From: a virus
Direction: 5' to 3' (one strand)
Length of the DNA stretch: 64,000 nucleotides
IMG/VR virus record: IMGVR_UViG_3300030329_005244
This document shows positions 46,980-56,893 of this stretch, piece by piece (the first letter of the stretch is position 1; every line of letters begins with the position of its first letter). The position numbers and the translations under genes are program-made. The notes under the pieces were generated by a model that was not told where the DNA came from, searched no databases, and saw only the letters and a list, made by a program, of their open reading frames with translations.

Positions 46980-47908
46980 TAGTAATTCCCATACCATGGT
47001 TCGTCAATCATAGAGTATACCTTAATAAGCTGTTTAATGCCATCATCAAGATCGTATTTACATTCAAATCCTCGTGAATAAAACTTTTCACTACTGACGA
47101 TATAATCTCGCTTATCAGGATCGGAAGTAAACTCAGCCTTAATAATTTCCAAAGGCAGGTATTTCTTGATTTTTTGGGCTAATTGAAGCTTGTTCATATT
47201 AACATCATCATTGCCCACATTAAATGTTGTTCCTCCACACGTCTCCCAATTGTCTACCACAAATCTAAATGCTCTACAGACATCGGTTATGTGGATATAG
47301 TTCCGCATGAATTCACACTCATATAAAACCAGAATGCGCTCTTTCAATGCCTTAAGTACAAAATTGTTTACCAACAAATCGCTCCGCATACGGGTGCTAG
47401 GTCCGAAAACAGTGGCAAGTCTAAAAGTCGAACAATTTTCTACACTTCTATAAACACTCTCCGCATCCACCTTGGTTTCTCCATAAAGAGAAACAGGTCG
47501 TAAAGGAGATTCTTCGGTACAAACCGCGCCCTCTTCGCTAATCCCATATCCCGAATTGGTGCAGGGATAGATTACTCGCTGATCAGTAGATTTATGATTA
47601 GCAATCCAAAGATTACTCTCAAAGTTGGTTTCTTTAGCCTCGCGAGGGTGCTGATCGCATAAAGGAAAACCAACTAACGCCGCCAGAGGAATAATGACAT
47701 CAGCACTCTTCATAAGTGGTTCAAGCGCCTTTACATCGCGAACGTCCCCCTTTACAAATCTAAAATTCGGACGTTGAGAATAGCGCAACAAAGATGTAGT
47801 GTCGTACATCATATTATCCATAACTGTAATATCATAATCGCTGATAAAATGTTGTATTAGTTCGCTGCCAATATAGCCAGCGCCTCCTGTAATGAGGACT
47901 TTATCCAT
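46979..47908 (-). CDS. NAD-dependent nucleotide-sugar epimerase/dehydratase (extended SDR)
   Basis: ITGGAGYIG, LAALVG, YGETK, RLATVFG; ATG 47908 with SD GGAG. Confidence 0.88.
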   Translation of the reverse strand: MDKVLITGGAGYIGSELIQHFISDYDITVMDNMMYDTTSLLRYSQRPNFRFVKGDVRDVKALEPLMKSADVIIPLAALVGFPLCDQHPREAKETNFESNLWIANHKSTDQRVIYPCTNSGYGISEEGAVCTEESPLRPVSLYGETKVDAESVYRSVENCSTFRLATVFGPSTRMRSDLLVNNFVLKALKERILVLYECEFMRNYIHITDVCRAFRFVVDNWETCGGTTFNVGNDDVNMNKLQLAQKIKKYLPLEIIKAEFTSDPDKRDYIVSSEKFYSRGFECKYDLDDGIKQLIKVYSMIDEPWYGNY

Positions 47909-48806
47909 GTGCTCTCCTAAAATACTCAATCGACTTCTGTAATCCTTGAGGCAGTGAAGTCTTCAGATATTCGCTATCTTTTAGATAACTTATAACTTTA
48001 GCGGTGTCAAGCTTTTTCTCTCGGACGCCCACATACTTCGTTAAATCTCGCTCAACGAGGCTATAGTCATATCCATAAACACGGCAAACCTCTTGAGCAA
48101 ATTCATTAATGGTATAATCCCTTCCCGAACCCAAGTTAAAAATTTCATTGTCATATTTGAGTAGGTTTAGGATGGCATCTACTGCATCTTGCACATAAAT
48201 CAACTCTCGACGTTGTTCTCCATCACCCCACAAAACAAACTTATCCTTTCCTTCTTGAGCGTTATAACAATTGCGAATAAAATCAAAAATAAAATGATTG
48301 TCGTTTAATTCAAACTGAGGTCCATAAAGCGTCGAGGGAATAAAGTAGAGCCACTTAAGGCCATATTGTTGTTGAATTGCTTGAAGGCCCATCAAGAGCA
48401 TGCGCTTGGTCATCGCATAAGTATAAAGACTTGACTCAGGCTCTCCCAGAAGATAATTCTCCTCTTTCATATGAATACCTGGCGAATAAGAACAACTGGT
48501 TCCCATTGCCACCATTTTGGCTTGCGGTTGCTGTTCTGCCCAATATCTCAAAATATTGGTGTTAATAATTTGGTTAGTAATCCACTGATCACCCTGGTGC
48601 GTCATGCAGTAGTCACCTGCCTTGGTTACCGCCGCCAAATGGAAAATGTAATCAAACTCAACCTCGCTATAGATAGACAAATTCTGAATATCTAATAGGT
48701 TGCCTTGCAAAGTGTTGGAAATGTGAACGTCGTATCCCCTATCTTTAAGGGAGGGGACCAAATATCTCCCTAAAAACCCTGTGGCACCCGTCACCAATAC
48801 TTTCAT
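47901..48806 (-). CDS. GDP-L-fucose synthase-like epimerase/reductase (extended SDR)
   Basis: VTGATGFLG, HLAA, GTSCSY, YAMTK, LYGP, WGDGEQRRELIYV.D; ATG 48806 by ATGA coupling. Confidence 0.8.
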   Translation of the reverse strand: MKVLVTGATGFLGRYLVPSLKDRGYDVHISNTLQGNLLDIQNLSIYSEVEFDYIFHLAAVTKAGDYCMTHQGDQWITNQIINTNILRYWAEQQPQAKMVAMGTSCSYSPGIHMKEENYLLGEPESSLYTYAMTKRMLLMGLQAIQQQYGLKWLYFIPSTLYGPQFELNDNHFIFDFIRNCYNAQEGKDKFVLWGDGEQRRELIYVQDAVDAILNLLKYDNEIFNLGSGRDYTINEFAQEVCRVYGYDYSLVERDLTKYVGVREKKLDTAKVISYLKDSEYLKTSLPQGLQKSIEYFRRAHG

Positions 48807-49573
48807 GACACAAACCGCATTACAAGAATACACGAGCTAATCAGCCGACTACGCCAAGCTTCCACTTCGTCTGGGAACTCTCCGTGGGCGCGTGCCAAGC
48901 AATCGTAGAGTGTTTTTACAAAAAGAGGTTGTCTTTCCCACGTTTCCTCGCTTACAGAAGCCATATCTCCTATAGCACTGCCCAACACATAGGGCTGCTC
49001 TTTAAAATATTGTTTCCATTCCGTAGTATCTTTTACATTACAATGAATGTGTTTTTCATCCTCAGTGGGATATTCCCACTTTGAAGCCGTGGCAAAAAAG
49101 ACGGTGCTTAAATCAGAATGTCGGCGGATATTGTCCATAAAAACCTCAAAGCGGTGGGGTTCAATGTGCTCTACGTGCTCAAAGCTAACAATAAGGTCAA
49201 ATTTGGCTATAGCATCGCCTCGCATTATAGTATATTCTTCATCAGTCCTCACCACAAAGTGAGTATCTTTATCAACAAATGGGCTATCAATCGTTGCCCG
49301 ATTGCCATCCAAGCACACCACTTCCAAATCCGGCTTCATAAGCTTTAACCAATAGCCTAAACTACCCGCTCCCGATCCCACATCCATTACAGTCTTTAAA
49401 TCTTTTCCCGTGTACATTCTAAGTAAAAAATCTGCCATTAATATCATCATAGTGTGGTTGGTACTTTCTTCATCAAAGAACAGCGCATCCCCGTGGTTAT
49501 AACCTGGAATCTTGGCCCCTCCCGCCACGTAGGGAATTCCTGTATTTTCGAGATTAGTTTGGGTATACATCAT
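48803..49573 (-). CDS. Class I SAM-dependent methyltransferase
   Basis: VMDVGSGAG, FDLIVSFEHVEHI, HIHCN...EW. Confidence 0.8.
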   Translation of the reverse strand: MMYTQTNLENTGIPYVAGGAKIPGYNHGDALFFDEESTNHTMMILMADFLLRMYTGKDLKTVMDVGSGAGSLGYWLKLMKPDLEVVCLDGNRATIDSPFVDKDTHFVVRTDEEYTIMRGDAIAKFDLIVSFEHVEHIEPHRFEVFMDNIRRHSDLSTVFFATASKWEYPTEDEKHIHCNVKDTTEWKQYFKEQPYVLGSAIGDMASVSEETWERQPLFVKTLYDCLARAHGEFPDEVEAWRSRLISSCILVMRFVS

Positions 49574-50781
49574 CTTCCCACAATCTCAACTTCGGGAAAA
49601 GGAATGATAAATTTGGTGCCTTGAGCAATAACGCTCTCGTTCTTTTTGATTATCTCTTCAGCAAAATTGTGGGACAACAAGAGATAATAATCCGGCATAT
49701 CGTCCGACCTCTCCTCGGTGATGGGAATGTGAGACTGTGGGAGGTAGTTTCCAATCTTCATTTGATTAATCTCGACCGCCTTGTCAACTAATGTGTTGTC
49801 AATCCCAAAGTAGTTTAACAGCGTGTTTCCCTTCGCTGGGGCCCCATATGCGTAAATGGTCTTATTGGAGGTCTTAATACCCTCCAAAAGTGCGCGGAGA
49901 GAGCCCTGGCGAGCGCGCACAGTGGCGGCAAAATTCTTAAAAGCATCAAGAGTATACCCCTTATCTTTTTCTAACAATTCGAGGTACCTGCTGGTCTTAG
50001 AGTTAAGAGGGCTCTGGCTCAAACAAATCTTTGCAATCACCGACCCACTATGAATTTCGGAATAGTAAGCATCAAAAATCTCCAAACCATAAGGAGCTAA
50101 CAGGTTAGAAAGACTACGCAGTGTGTAATAACACAGGTGCTCGTGATAAATCGTATCAAAGTTGAGCTTTTCCACCATAGTGCCCGCATACATAAACTGT
50201 ACAATAAGAACTCCATCCTCCCTCAAGGAAAATTGAATTCCATCAATAACACTATGGAGTTCCTCTAAATGGAAGAAGACGCCCGAAGCGTTATACAGCT
50301 TAACAGATCGCTCTCCCACATATGCTTCCACGGTTTCGCGATTAAAATAAGCCGTCTCAGTAGGAACGCCATGCTCCCGAGAAATTTGAGAAACCCTCTC
50401 GGCACACTCAATGTTGAGAACCTTATGCATTCCCTGTTTTTGGTATTGAATCAATTGCGTGCCATCATTTCCCCCAATATCCACAATCAAATCCTCTGGC
50501 TGAATGTTAAATTGAGCGATATTCTCTTCCGCTACTTCATAAAAGTGATTCTTTAATGTTTGAGTCATCCCCGAAAGATAACAATGATCTTCAAACATTG
50601 TCTCCTTTGGTACTGTGTGATCAAGTTGTAAAAGCTCACAATCGTGACAATAGTTCAAACGCAACGGATACTTGGGCTCTTTGCCCACCCTTTCAACAGA
50701 AAGAAAATCATTACACCAAGGCTGTTCACCCAAATCTAAAATAAGCTCTAAATTTATGGAGCTACACGATCTACAATTCAT
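49570..50781 (-). CDS. NDP-hexose C-methyltransferase (branched-sugar, TylCIII/NovU-like)
   Basis: CRSC...LDLGEQP...C..C.L.QL zinc site; VDIGGNDG; FDTIYHEHLCYY; HSGS; YGAPAKGNTLLNY. Confidence 0.9.
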   Translation of the reverse strand: MNCRSCSSINLELILDLGEQPWCNDFLSVERVGKEPKYPLRLNYCHDCELLQLDHTVPKETMFEDHCYLSGMTQTLKNHFYEVAEENIAQFNIQPEDLIVDIGGNDGTQLIQYQKQGMHKVLNIECAERVSQISREHGVPTETAYFNRETVEAYVGERSVKLYNASGVFFHLEELHSVIDGIQFSLREDGVLIVQFMYAGTMVEKLNFDTIYHEHLCYYTLRSLSNLLAPYGLEIFDAYYSEIHSGSVIAKICLSQSPLNSKTSRYLELLEKDKGYTLDAFKNFAATVRARQGSLRALLEGIKTSNKTIYAYGAPAKGNTLLNYFGIDNTLVDKAVEINQMKIGNYLPQSHIPITEERSDDMPDYYLLLSHNFAEEIIKKNESVIAQGTKFIIPFPEVEIVGR

Positions 50782-51731
50782 TACTTGTCCTCTCTAATGT
50801 GTTGTATGAAATTTTCAGTGGTATATCGCAGAGCTTTTTGATAGGCGCTTTCCACCATATCTTCATAAGTTTCCCAGTCGGCTACAATATCTTTCACTTT
50901 GCTAAGTAAATCCCCAGGATTGTTAAAATAAAAGAAATCCTTTTCTGGCTCATAATATTGTTCCGCTATATTCCACTGATCGCGTTGCACCAAGTTTAAG
51001 GTACGACTAATGGCTGCTTCATGCATCCGAGTCTTAAATTGAGGCATCACGTTCCACCTCTCAACCTCAGCAAAGGCTTCATTATCCTTCCAATTGGGAT
51101 AAGATTGAATAGCTGGGATGTGTTGAGGATCGATATGTACCAAATTATAACATACCGAAACTTTAGTTTGTGCGATTAAGTTGATTTTTTCTTGAAAAGC
51201 CAAGTTAATATTCGTCGCGAACGGAAGACATTGCGCCGTCGTAGCGTTGATATGGTGATTCATTGTACAATAGCGATATTTGAAATGGGACATCACCTTC
51301 AAACAATCAATGTGCTCAGCGCCATGAATGCCACCGTGATAAATGATATCATAAAGCTTTTCGTGAGGCTGGGGAATTAGGTTTTTATGGAAAGGATAAA
51401 AGATAGGCTTATAAACTTTTTCCAAACCCAAAGTATTCAACCACTTAGAAGTATAAGGACAAATGGAGTAAATTTCATTAAACCAATTATCATATTCAAT
51501 GCCATCATGATCGGGACCTCGGCGTTGAGCAAATTCACAGGGCGCCCAATTATTAAAAAAGATTTTTCTATCACAATGGGAATACGCCTGCTGAAGCATC
51601 ACATTGTTGGGGGCGTTATATCCATACATAAAGATATCACTAGTGTTGGTGCCATCCGATAACTCATTAAAACTCCAATGGTGAGCATTGGTATCTGGAA
51701 CTTCTATGGATAGGTCTCCGACGATTTTCAT
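50781..51731 (-). CDS. Putative glycosyltransferase (GT-B, CgeB/Glyco_trans_1_2-like C-terminus)
   Basis: YDIIYHG...KVSVCYN...FKTRMHEAA...YYEPEKDFFYF. Confidence 0.6.
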   Translation of the reverse strand: MKIVGDLSIEVPDTNAHHWSFNELSDGTNTSDIFMYGYNAPNNVMLQQAYSHCDRKIFFNNWAPCEFAQRRGPDHDGIEYDNWFNEIYSICPYTSKWLNTLGLEKVYKPIFYPFHKNLIPQPHEKLYDIIYHGGIHGAEHIDCLKVMSHFKYRYCTMNHHINATTAQCLPFATNINLAFQEKINLIAQTKVSVCYNLVHIDPQHIPAIQSYPNWKDNEAFAEVERWNVMPQFKTRMHEAAISRTLNLVQRDQWNIAEQYYEPEKDFFYFNNPGDLLSKVKDIVADWETYEDMVESAYQKALRYTTENFIQHIREDK

Positions 51732-52486
51732 TAAAACACTCCTCGCTCTTCAACATTTAAATTGTATTCTTCCAACAGGGGATTCAATTCAGCCCCGTAT
51801 TCACTAAGATTCCACTTACCTTTGACCAAGGCTGTACAAATATGGGGAAAGACGGAAGAATCATGGTGATACATCCCCCTTTTGGGCTCCCCGTGATAAC
51901 AAAAAAGCCCTTCCATCCCTAACTCTTCGCAAGTTTTACTGGCCTGGAACTCAAATGAATTTTCATAATCAGTGTTGGCAATGTGAAGGTTTGGACCACG
52001 CTCATGAACCAACTCTATATGTCGCGTCTTCCAAACGGCTGCCTGGTTGGTGTAAAAGTATGGAAAGAAATTATAAAGAGGATATAAATCCTCATAATTT
52101 TCATAATTTGGATAACGAACATTGACCACCCCACCCTTTACAAATCGGACAAAAGAAACTTTTTGATGCTCTTCCAATATCTGCATATATCTCTTAATCA
52201 AATCTGCGCGCACATCTTCATACAAAATGTAATCTTCGGAGATATAGACGCAATATTTCTCAGGTACCTGCTTAACGCAAGACCAAAATTGTTCCCGATA
52301 CATCTTGTCTTTGTCAAAAAACAAGACTTCATAATCATCGGGAAAATTCTCCTCACATTCATTCACAAACACATATTTCTTTGCGAATAAATCAGGAGGA
52401 ATGTGCTTTTCAATCTGACCAAAAAACATGGGCCACACGTCTTTATTTCGTGTGACCGTATTAATGATTAAACATAAATCTTTCAT
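51731..52486 (-). CDS. Putative GT-A-like glycosyltransferase
   Basis: N-terminal beta strand, YCVYISEDY (DxD-like), QAAVW, LVKGKW; glycan-locus context. Confidence 0.5.
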   Translation of the reverse strand: MKDLCLIINTVTRNKDVWPMFFGQIEKHIPPDLFAKKYVFVNECEENFPDDYEVLFFDKDKMYREQFWSCVKQVPEKYCVYISEDYILYEDVRADLIKRYMQILEEHQKVSFVRFVKGGVVNVRYPNYENYEDLYPLYNFFPYFYTNQAAVWKTRHIELVHERGPNLHIANTDYENSFEFQASKTCEELGMEGLFCYHGEPKRGMYHHDSSVFPHICTALVKGKWNLSEYGAELNPLLEEYNLNVEERGVF

Positions 52487-53838
52487 CTCAACTCTCTAAA
52501 AAAATTATCAACAGTCGCCTTGATGTGAGCCATATTGTCATCATCCATACCAATATAGGTGCCCAAGAGAACAGAGCCACGGCTGGCGATATGGGCATTG
52601 GGGAAAGCCTTTTGTAAATCCCCATAAGGTAAATGGAGTCCGACGTTTCTATAGGCTGGGTGATAAAGCAGATTGCCAGTAAAATAAGGGCGCGTCTGAA
52701 CGTGGTTGAATTCTAAATAATTCACAAACATATTCTTTGTAAAGGAAGAATTTTCCTTAACAATTGGCATATAAGCAAACCAACAGGGATCTGACTTAGG
52801 AGTGGCTTCAGGTAACATAAAAAATTCTTTATAAGGATGGAAAATGGCCTGAAGTTTAGCAAAATTATTTCTGCGCGCTTGCTCCAACATTGGCAGCTTC
52901 TTTAATTGTTCAAGTCCCATTGCCGCCTGCAAATCCAAGGGTTTTAAATTATAACCTATCTCATCAAATACATAGCGATGATCATATAGCAACTGCTTTT
53001 CTGAGGGGAGCCAACAACGAAAGCGATTTCCACACGCAGTTTGACCTGTTACATCGCCCGGCTTCTTCTCGTTACAAAAGCACGCACGACCCCAGTCTCG
53101 CAAGCTCAATAAAGTTTTTTGAAGCGCATAATCATCTGTGGCAATATAGCCGCCCTCCCCAAGAGTCATATGGTGAGCCGGGTAAAAGGAGCAAGTAGAC
53201 ATAAGCCCAAATGAACCTAGTGGTTTTTGATCATAAGTAGAGCCCAGCGCATCGCACGAATCTTCCAAAAAAATCAAACCATATTTGTTTACAATGGCCA
53301 TTACTCGATCCATATCCGGTGGGTTGCCCAACACATGAGCGAAAATTATGGCTTTAATTTCCCTATTAGTGTCAGCTTCCAGAACTTTTTCTACGCTATC
53401 CAGATCTAGATTTAAACTCGGCAGATCTACATCCACAAAAACAGGCTCCAAGCCGTTTTGCAAGAGGGGGTTGACCGTGGTGGGAAAGCACACTACAGGA
53501 GTAATAACTTTGTCCCCCTTGCTAAGGCGATACTTCGTAGGGCATTTAGTTTTAGACATCAAAGCAGAAACCATCAGTAAATTAGCCGAACTCCCCGAAT
53601 TGGTTAGAGCCCCAAGGCGCTTACCTAAATAAGAAGAAAATTCATTTTCAAATTGGCGAGCATTCTTTCCAAACACCAACCAATCGCCCAACAAGCACTC
53701 AACACCCGCCGCGAATTCATCACTATCATAGTGGGGGCCAGAATACCTCACCCAATCATCTTTCTTGACTGCTTTCTTTTCCTCAACATATTCTCTCACT
53801 AATGAAAGAATGTGTTGCAATTTTGCTTCCGAACTCAC
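52483..53838 (-). CDS. rfbH: CDP-4-keto-6-deoxy-glucose 3-dehydrase (RfbH/DdhC, E1)
   Basis: NSGSSANL, FPTTVNP, AHVLGNP, EDSCDALG, SFYPAHHMTLGEGG (His in place of the aminotransferase Lys), Fe-S Cys motif RDWGRACFC...TACG.RF, YDHRY, IGYNLKP. Confidence 0.92.
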   Translation of the reverse strand: MSSEAKLQHILSLVREYVEEKKAVKKDDWVRYSGPHYDSDEFAAGVECLLGDWLVFGKNARQFENEFSSYLGKRLGALTNSGSSANLLMVSALMSKTKCPTKYRLSKGDKVITPVVCFPTTVNPLLQNGLEPVFVDVDLPSLNLDLDSVEKVLEADTNREIKAIIFAHVLGNPPDMDRVMAIVNKYGLIFLEDSCDALGSTYDQKPLGSFGLMSTCSFYPAHHMTLGEGGYIATDDYALQKTLLSLRDWGRACFCNEKKPGDVTGQTACGNRFRCWLPSEKQLLYDHRYVFDEIGYNLKPLDLQAAMGLEQLKKLPMLEQARRNNFAKLQAIFHPYKEFFMLPEATPKSDPCWFAYMPIVKENSSFTKNMFVNYLEFNHVQTRPYFTGNLLYHPAYRNVGLHLPYGDLQKAFPNAHIASRGSVLLGTYIGMDDDNMAHIKATVDNFFRELR

Positions 53839-54665
53839 TTGTAAGTCTCCAAGATTTTATCCAAACCTTCCCAAATGGTATACTCTTGCTCAAATCCCAT
53901 CTGCTTCAACTTAGTAACATCTAAAAACATATCTTTGACTTGAACAATGTCATGAAACTTAGGAGGAACAATAGAGATGAGGGAGCCTCTAGAATTTAAC
54001 TTCTTCTTAGAATATTCCATCATATCTCTAAAACGATGAGGCTCTCCACTTCCAATATTTATTATATCATTAACTGGCATCTTTGTCATACACAATTTTA
54101 ATGCTCGACACACATCATGAACATACATAAAATCACGAATATTCGCGCCATCATCATATAAGTTAATATCCCTATGATTAGCCAACTCATTTATCAAATG
54201 CTGGAGGGCATTACGCTTACCTGAAACCTTTGAGTCGGTTTCTCCATACACATTGGATAAACGAAAAATTCTATAATTTATGCCAAACGTTTCACAGTAA
54301 GAAATCAAAAGCTGCTCGGCTGAACGTTTCGTAATGGAGTAAAAGCCCTTGGGATTGCAGTGACTGCTCTCCGTCGCAGGCAAGGATTCAGTTTTTCCAT
54401 ATACAAACCAAGAACTTACAAAATTAAAAACCAGACCTGGTGTATTCTTGCAAGCTTCCAAAGTTTCTATCAAAGTAGTCAAATTTGTAGCAATATCGAC
54501 ATAAGGGTCGGAAAAAATATTATAATTATGAGTAGTGCTAATCAAATACAACACTTCTGAACTCTGGGGGAGTCGCTCATTGCGGGAGATTTTTATCACT
54601 TCGTCCGCATAGAGATTGCAAAATCGCGTCCCAATAAAGCCCGAAGCTCCATATACCGAAATCAT
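53835..54665 (-). CDS. NAD-dependent epimerase/reductase (SDR)
   Basis: GASGFIG, SSWFVYG, FYSITK, RLSNVYG, RDFMYVHD. Confidence 0.85.
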   Translation of the reverse strand: MISVYGASGFIGTRFCNLYADEVIKISRNERLPQSSEVLYLISTTHNYNIFSDPYVDIATNLTTLIETLEACKNTPGLVFNFVSSWFVYGKTESLPATESSHCNPKGFYSITKRSAEQLLISYCETFGINYRIFRLSNVYGETDSKVSGKRNALQHLINELANHRDINLYDDGANIRDFMYVHDVCRALKLCMTKMPVNDIINIGSGEPHRFRDMMEYSKKKLNSRGSLISIVPPKFHDIVQVKDMFLDVTKLKQMGFEQEYTIWEGLDKILETYK

Positions 54666-55435
54666 TTTTTTTCTCGCTTGTCTCTCGGGATTACTCTCAG
54701 TTTTCTTTCCGCTTCAGTGGCAGGATCATAAGGATCTTGAGGACGCTTCATATATTTGGTGGCCCGTGAGTTTTTAAACTCATCAGGACTATCTGGTTTA
54801 ACATAATAATAAGCAGCGATAGATTTGCGTGTTACATTTTCAGGACACATCAAAGGATCGGGGTGGCCATGATAAGATATATCACTGGTATTAAACACCA
54901 CCAATCTATTAAAAACGGGAGCAATTTTTTGCACACATTCACTCATTGTTGCATCCCACAACTCCAGATGGCTGCCATATTCGTCTAACCAACCCTTATT
55001 CAAATATAAAATACAATTAAGCGCTCGTCTATTCTTAGTTTTATAGTGATAATTAAAATCCGAATGAATATCGAGCTTTCCCCCGCGACAAATTTGATGC
55101 ATTCCCCCCCCCATCAAAGTAGGATCAGCAATCAAGTTCTTACATCCTGAAAGTTCTTCCAAAAAATTTAGAAACAAATCTGAATTTAAAGCGTCGAACA
55201 AAGAGGCTAAGATTTGATTCATCGAATCAATATCGGAGTTTAGCAATTTTTTTTCAAACGTATTGTCGTAGGTATGCCACTTCTTTCCTCTTGGGGGAAA
55301 GCTCTTCACCACCTTTTTAAGAAACTCATCCTCAAACAAGCCATCAATGCATACGTGGGGAAAAGGGGGGGTGGTGCGATATTCTTCTTGTAAATGGTGA
55401 GCAACGGCTTTCAAATCTTGTTTGAAAATTTTCAT
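54662..55435 (-). CDS. 2OG-Fe(II) oxygenase
   Basis: PFPH..ID, GGGMHQI..GG.LDIHSDFN (HxD), LYLN..W...GS.LELW, HGHP, RKSIAAYYY. Confidence 0.88.
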   Translation of the reverse strand: MKIFKQDLKAVAHHLQEEYRTTPPFPHVCIDGLFEDEFLKKVVKSFPPRGKKWHTYDNTFEKKLLNSDIDSMNQILASLFDALNSDLFLNFLEELSGCKNLIADPTLMGGGMHQICRGGKLDIHSDFNYHYKTKNRRALNCILYLNKGWLDEYGSHLELWDATMSECVQKIAPVFNRLVVFNTSDISYHGHPDPLMCPENVTRKSIAAYYYVKPDSPDEFKNSRATKYMKRPQDPYDPATEAERKLRVIPRDKREKK

Positions 55436-55443
55436 TTTGACTC

Positions 55444-56256
55444 CTATTCATATCCGCAAAAATATCTTCTTACAAATCGCGCATCTCGGTGTAAGTGGTG
55501 AAAGACCAATTCCGAAAGCTGTCCATTAAATTCAAGTAACTCGGGAAAATGTAAATCGAGAGAAACACCATATTTGGCAGCCAATCCGGGGCGCTGCCAA
55601 ATATCGATAGAATCATAAACCGGACGGTTGCCAGAGCCGTGGTGGTAAATCAAATCATCATACACTCCAAAATTAAGAGGATGAAGATTAAAACAGTTAG
55701 TTCGCAGCAACCGCCTCCACTCATGACCATTCTCATCGAGCCATTTTTTAAGCAACACGCCCGCACACGAAGCTCCTTGTGCAGGGTCTAACTCCCACGA
55801 CAGCTCGTTTTCCTTCCAAAAACCCACAGTAGTGGCCAAAAAACAAGGGTGAGGGTAAGGACGCTGATCATCGCGCAATAAAGGTTCAATATTCTCTTCA
55901 CGACTAATGGCCACAATAGGAGTGCTCATTAAATATTCTTCAATTTTTTTATTCCAATTTGGCTGAATGGGTAAAGCATCAGGATCGAGAAACATTAAAA
56001 TATCATCGTCTTCTGCATTATCAACAAACTTCACCAAGGCATTCATCTTTACATAATGATAATTGGGAAGAGAAGAGATGTCTACAACCTTGTATTTGGT
56101 GAGACGGAGATTATATTCTTCGACCATAGTACTAGGGTTAATCTCTGTAATTCCACAATACACTTGATATGGCTCTTCCGTAAAGGCATTCAAATAAGCC
56201 GATTGTAAATTAAGCCATTTACCAGTTTTATGGTGATTGGTAATAATATGAATCAT
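55444..56256 (-). CDS. Putative GT-A glycosyltransferase
   Basis: ILMFLDPDALP (DxD), HPCF, IYHHGSG; glycan-locus context. Confidence 0.55.
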   Translation of the reverse strand: MIHIITNHHKTGKWLNLQSAYLNAFTEEPYQVYCGITEINPSTMVEEYNLRLTKYKVVDISSLPNYHYVKMNALVKFVDNAEDDDILMFLDPDALPIQPNWNKKIEEYLMSTPIVAISREENIEPLLRDDQRPYPHPCFLATTVGFWKENELSWELDPAQGASCAGVLLKKWLDENGHEWRRLLRTNCFNLHPLNFGVYDDLIYHHGSGNRPVYDSIDIWQRPGLAAKYGVSLDLHFPELLEFNGQLSELVFHHLHRDARFVRRYFCGYE

Positions 56257-56891
56257 TGCTGTGCGCCCTTAATGAAAACCCACGAAGGAGCATCCGCATC
56301 ACCCTTTTCTGGATTGGTTCCTGTAATCTTAAATGATAAGCCATGCTTTTCAGCGAATTCGTTGACAGCCCGCTTGGTGCCAGGATTGGTTTCGTTATAG
56401 TCGTGGCCTGCCATAATTCCTCCCGGCCTTACTTTGGGCCACCAATCTGCAATATCTTGAGTAACTGCATCATAAGTGTGCTCCCCATCGATGTAGACAA
56501 AATCCACAGTTTCGGGGGCTACAAATGGGGCTACAAGGTGCGAATAAGACCTATAAAGCGTACCTTTGCCACCCCCCACATCGCGCAGGAGGGCCATGGT
56601 GTAAACGTAGCGTGTTTCTTGCCATTTATAGCCGTCGTCTCCAAGTTCCATAGGATCAAAACCTGGCGCCTTGGGATCCACATCTTCATAACTCTCGGTC
56701 GCCACCCACGGGTCAATGCCGTAAATGTGCATCGAAGTTCGCAACAACAGGTGCCGCATATACCAACCCTGCCATACCCCTATTTCCACGCCCAATTGGT
56801 AAGTTTTGGGCAAACTATCGAGAAGCAAATATCGATCTTCTAAATTTAATTGGTCAAAAGTCAAAGGATCGGGCTTTAAAACAAATTCCAT
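56253..56891 (-). CDS. SAM-dependent methyltransferase (Methyltransf_24-like)
   Basis: GVEIGVWQG, GIDPW, DFVYIDGEHTY..V..DI..WWPKVRPGGIMAGHDY. Confidence 0.88.
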   Translation of the reverse strand: MEFVLKPDPLTFDQLNLEDRYLLLDSLPKTYQLGVEIGVWQGWYMRHLLLRTSMHIYGIDPWVATESYEDVDPKAPGFDPMELGDDGYKWQETRYVYTMALLRDVGGGKGTLYRSYSHLVAPFVAPETVDFVYIDGEHTYDAVTQDIADWWPKVRPGGIMAGHDYNETNPGTKRAVNEFAEKHGLSFKITGTNPEKGDADAPSWVFIKGAQQ

Positions 56892-56893
56892 CT

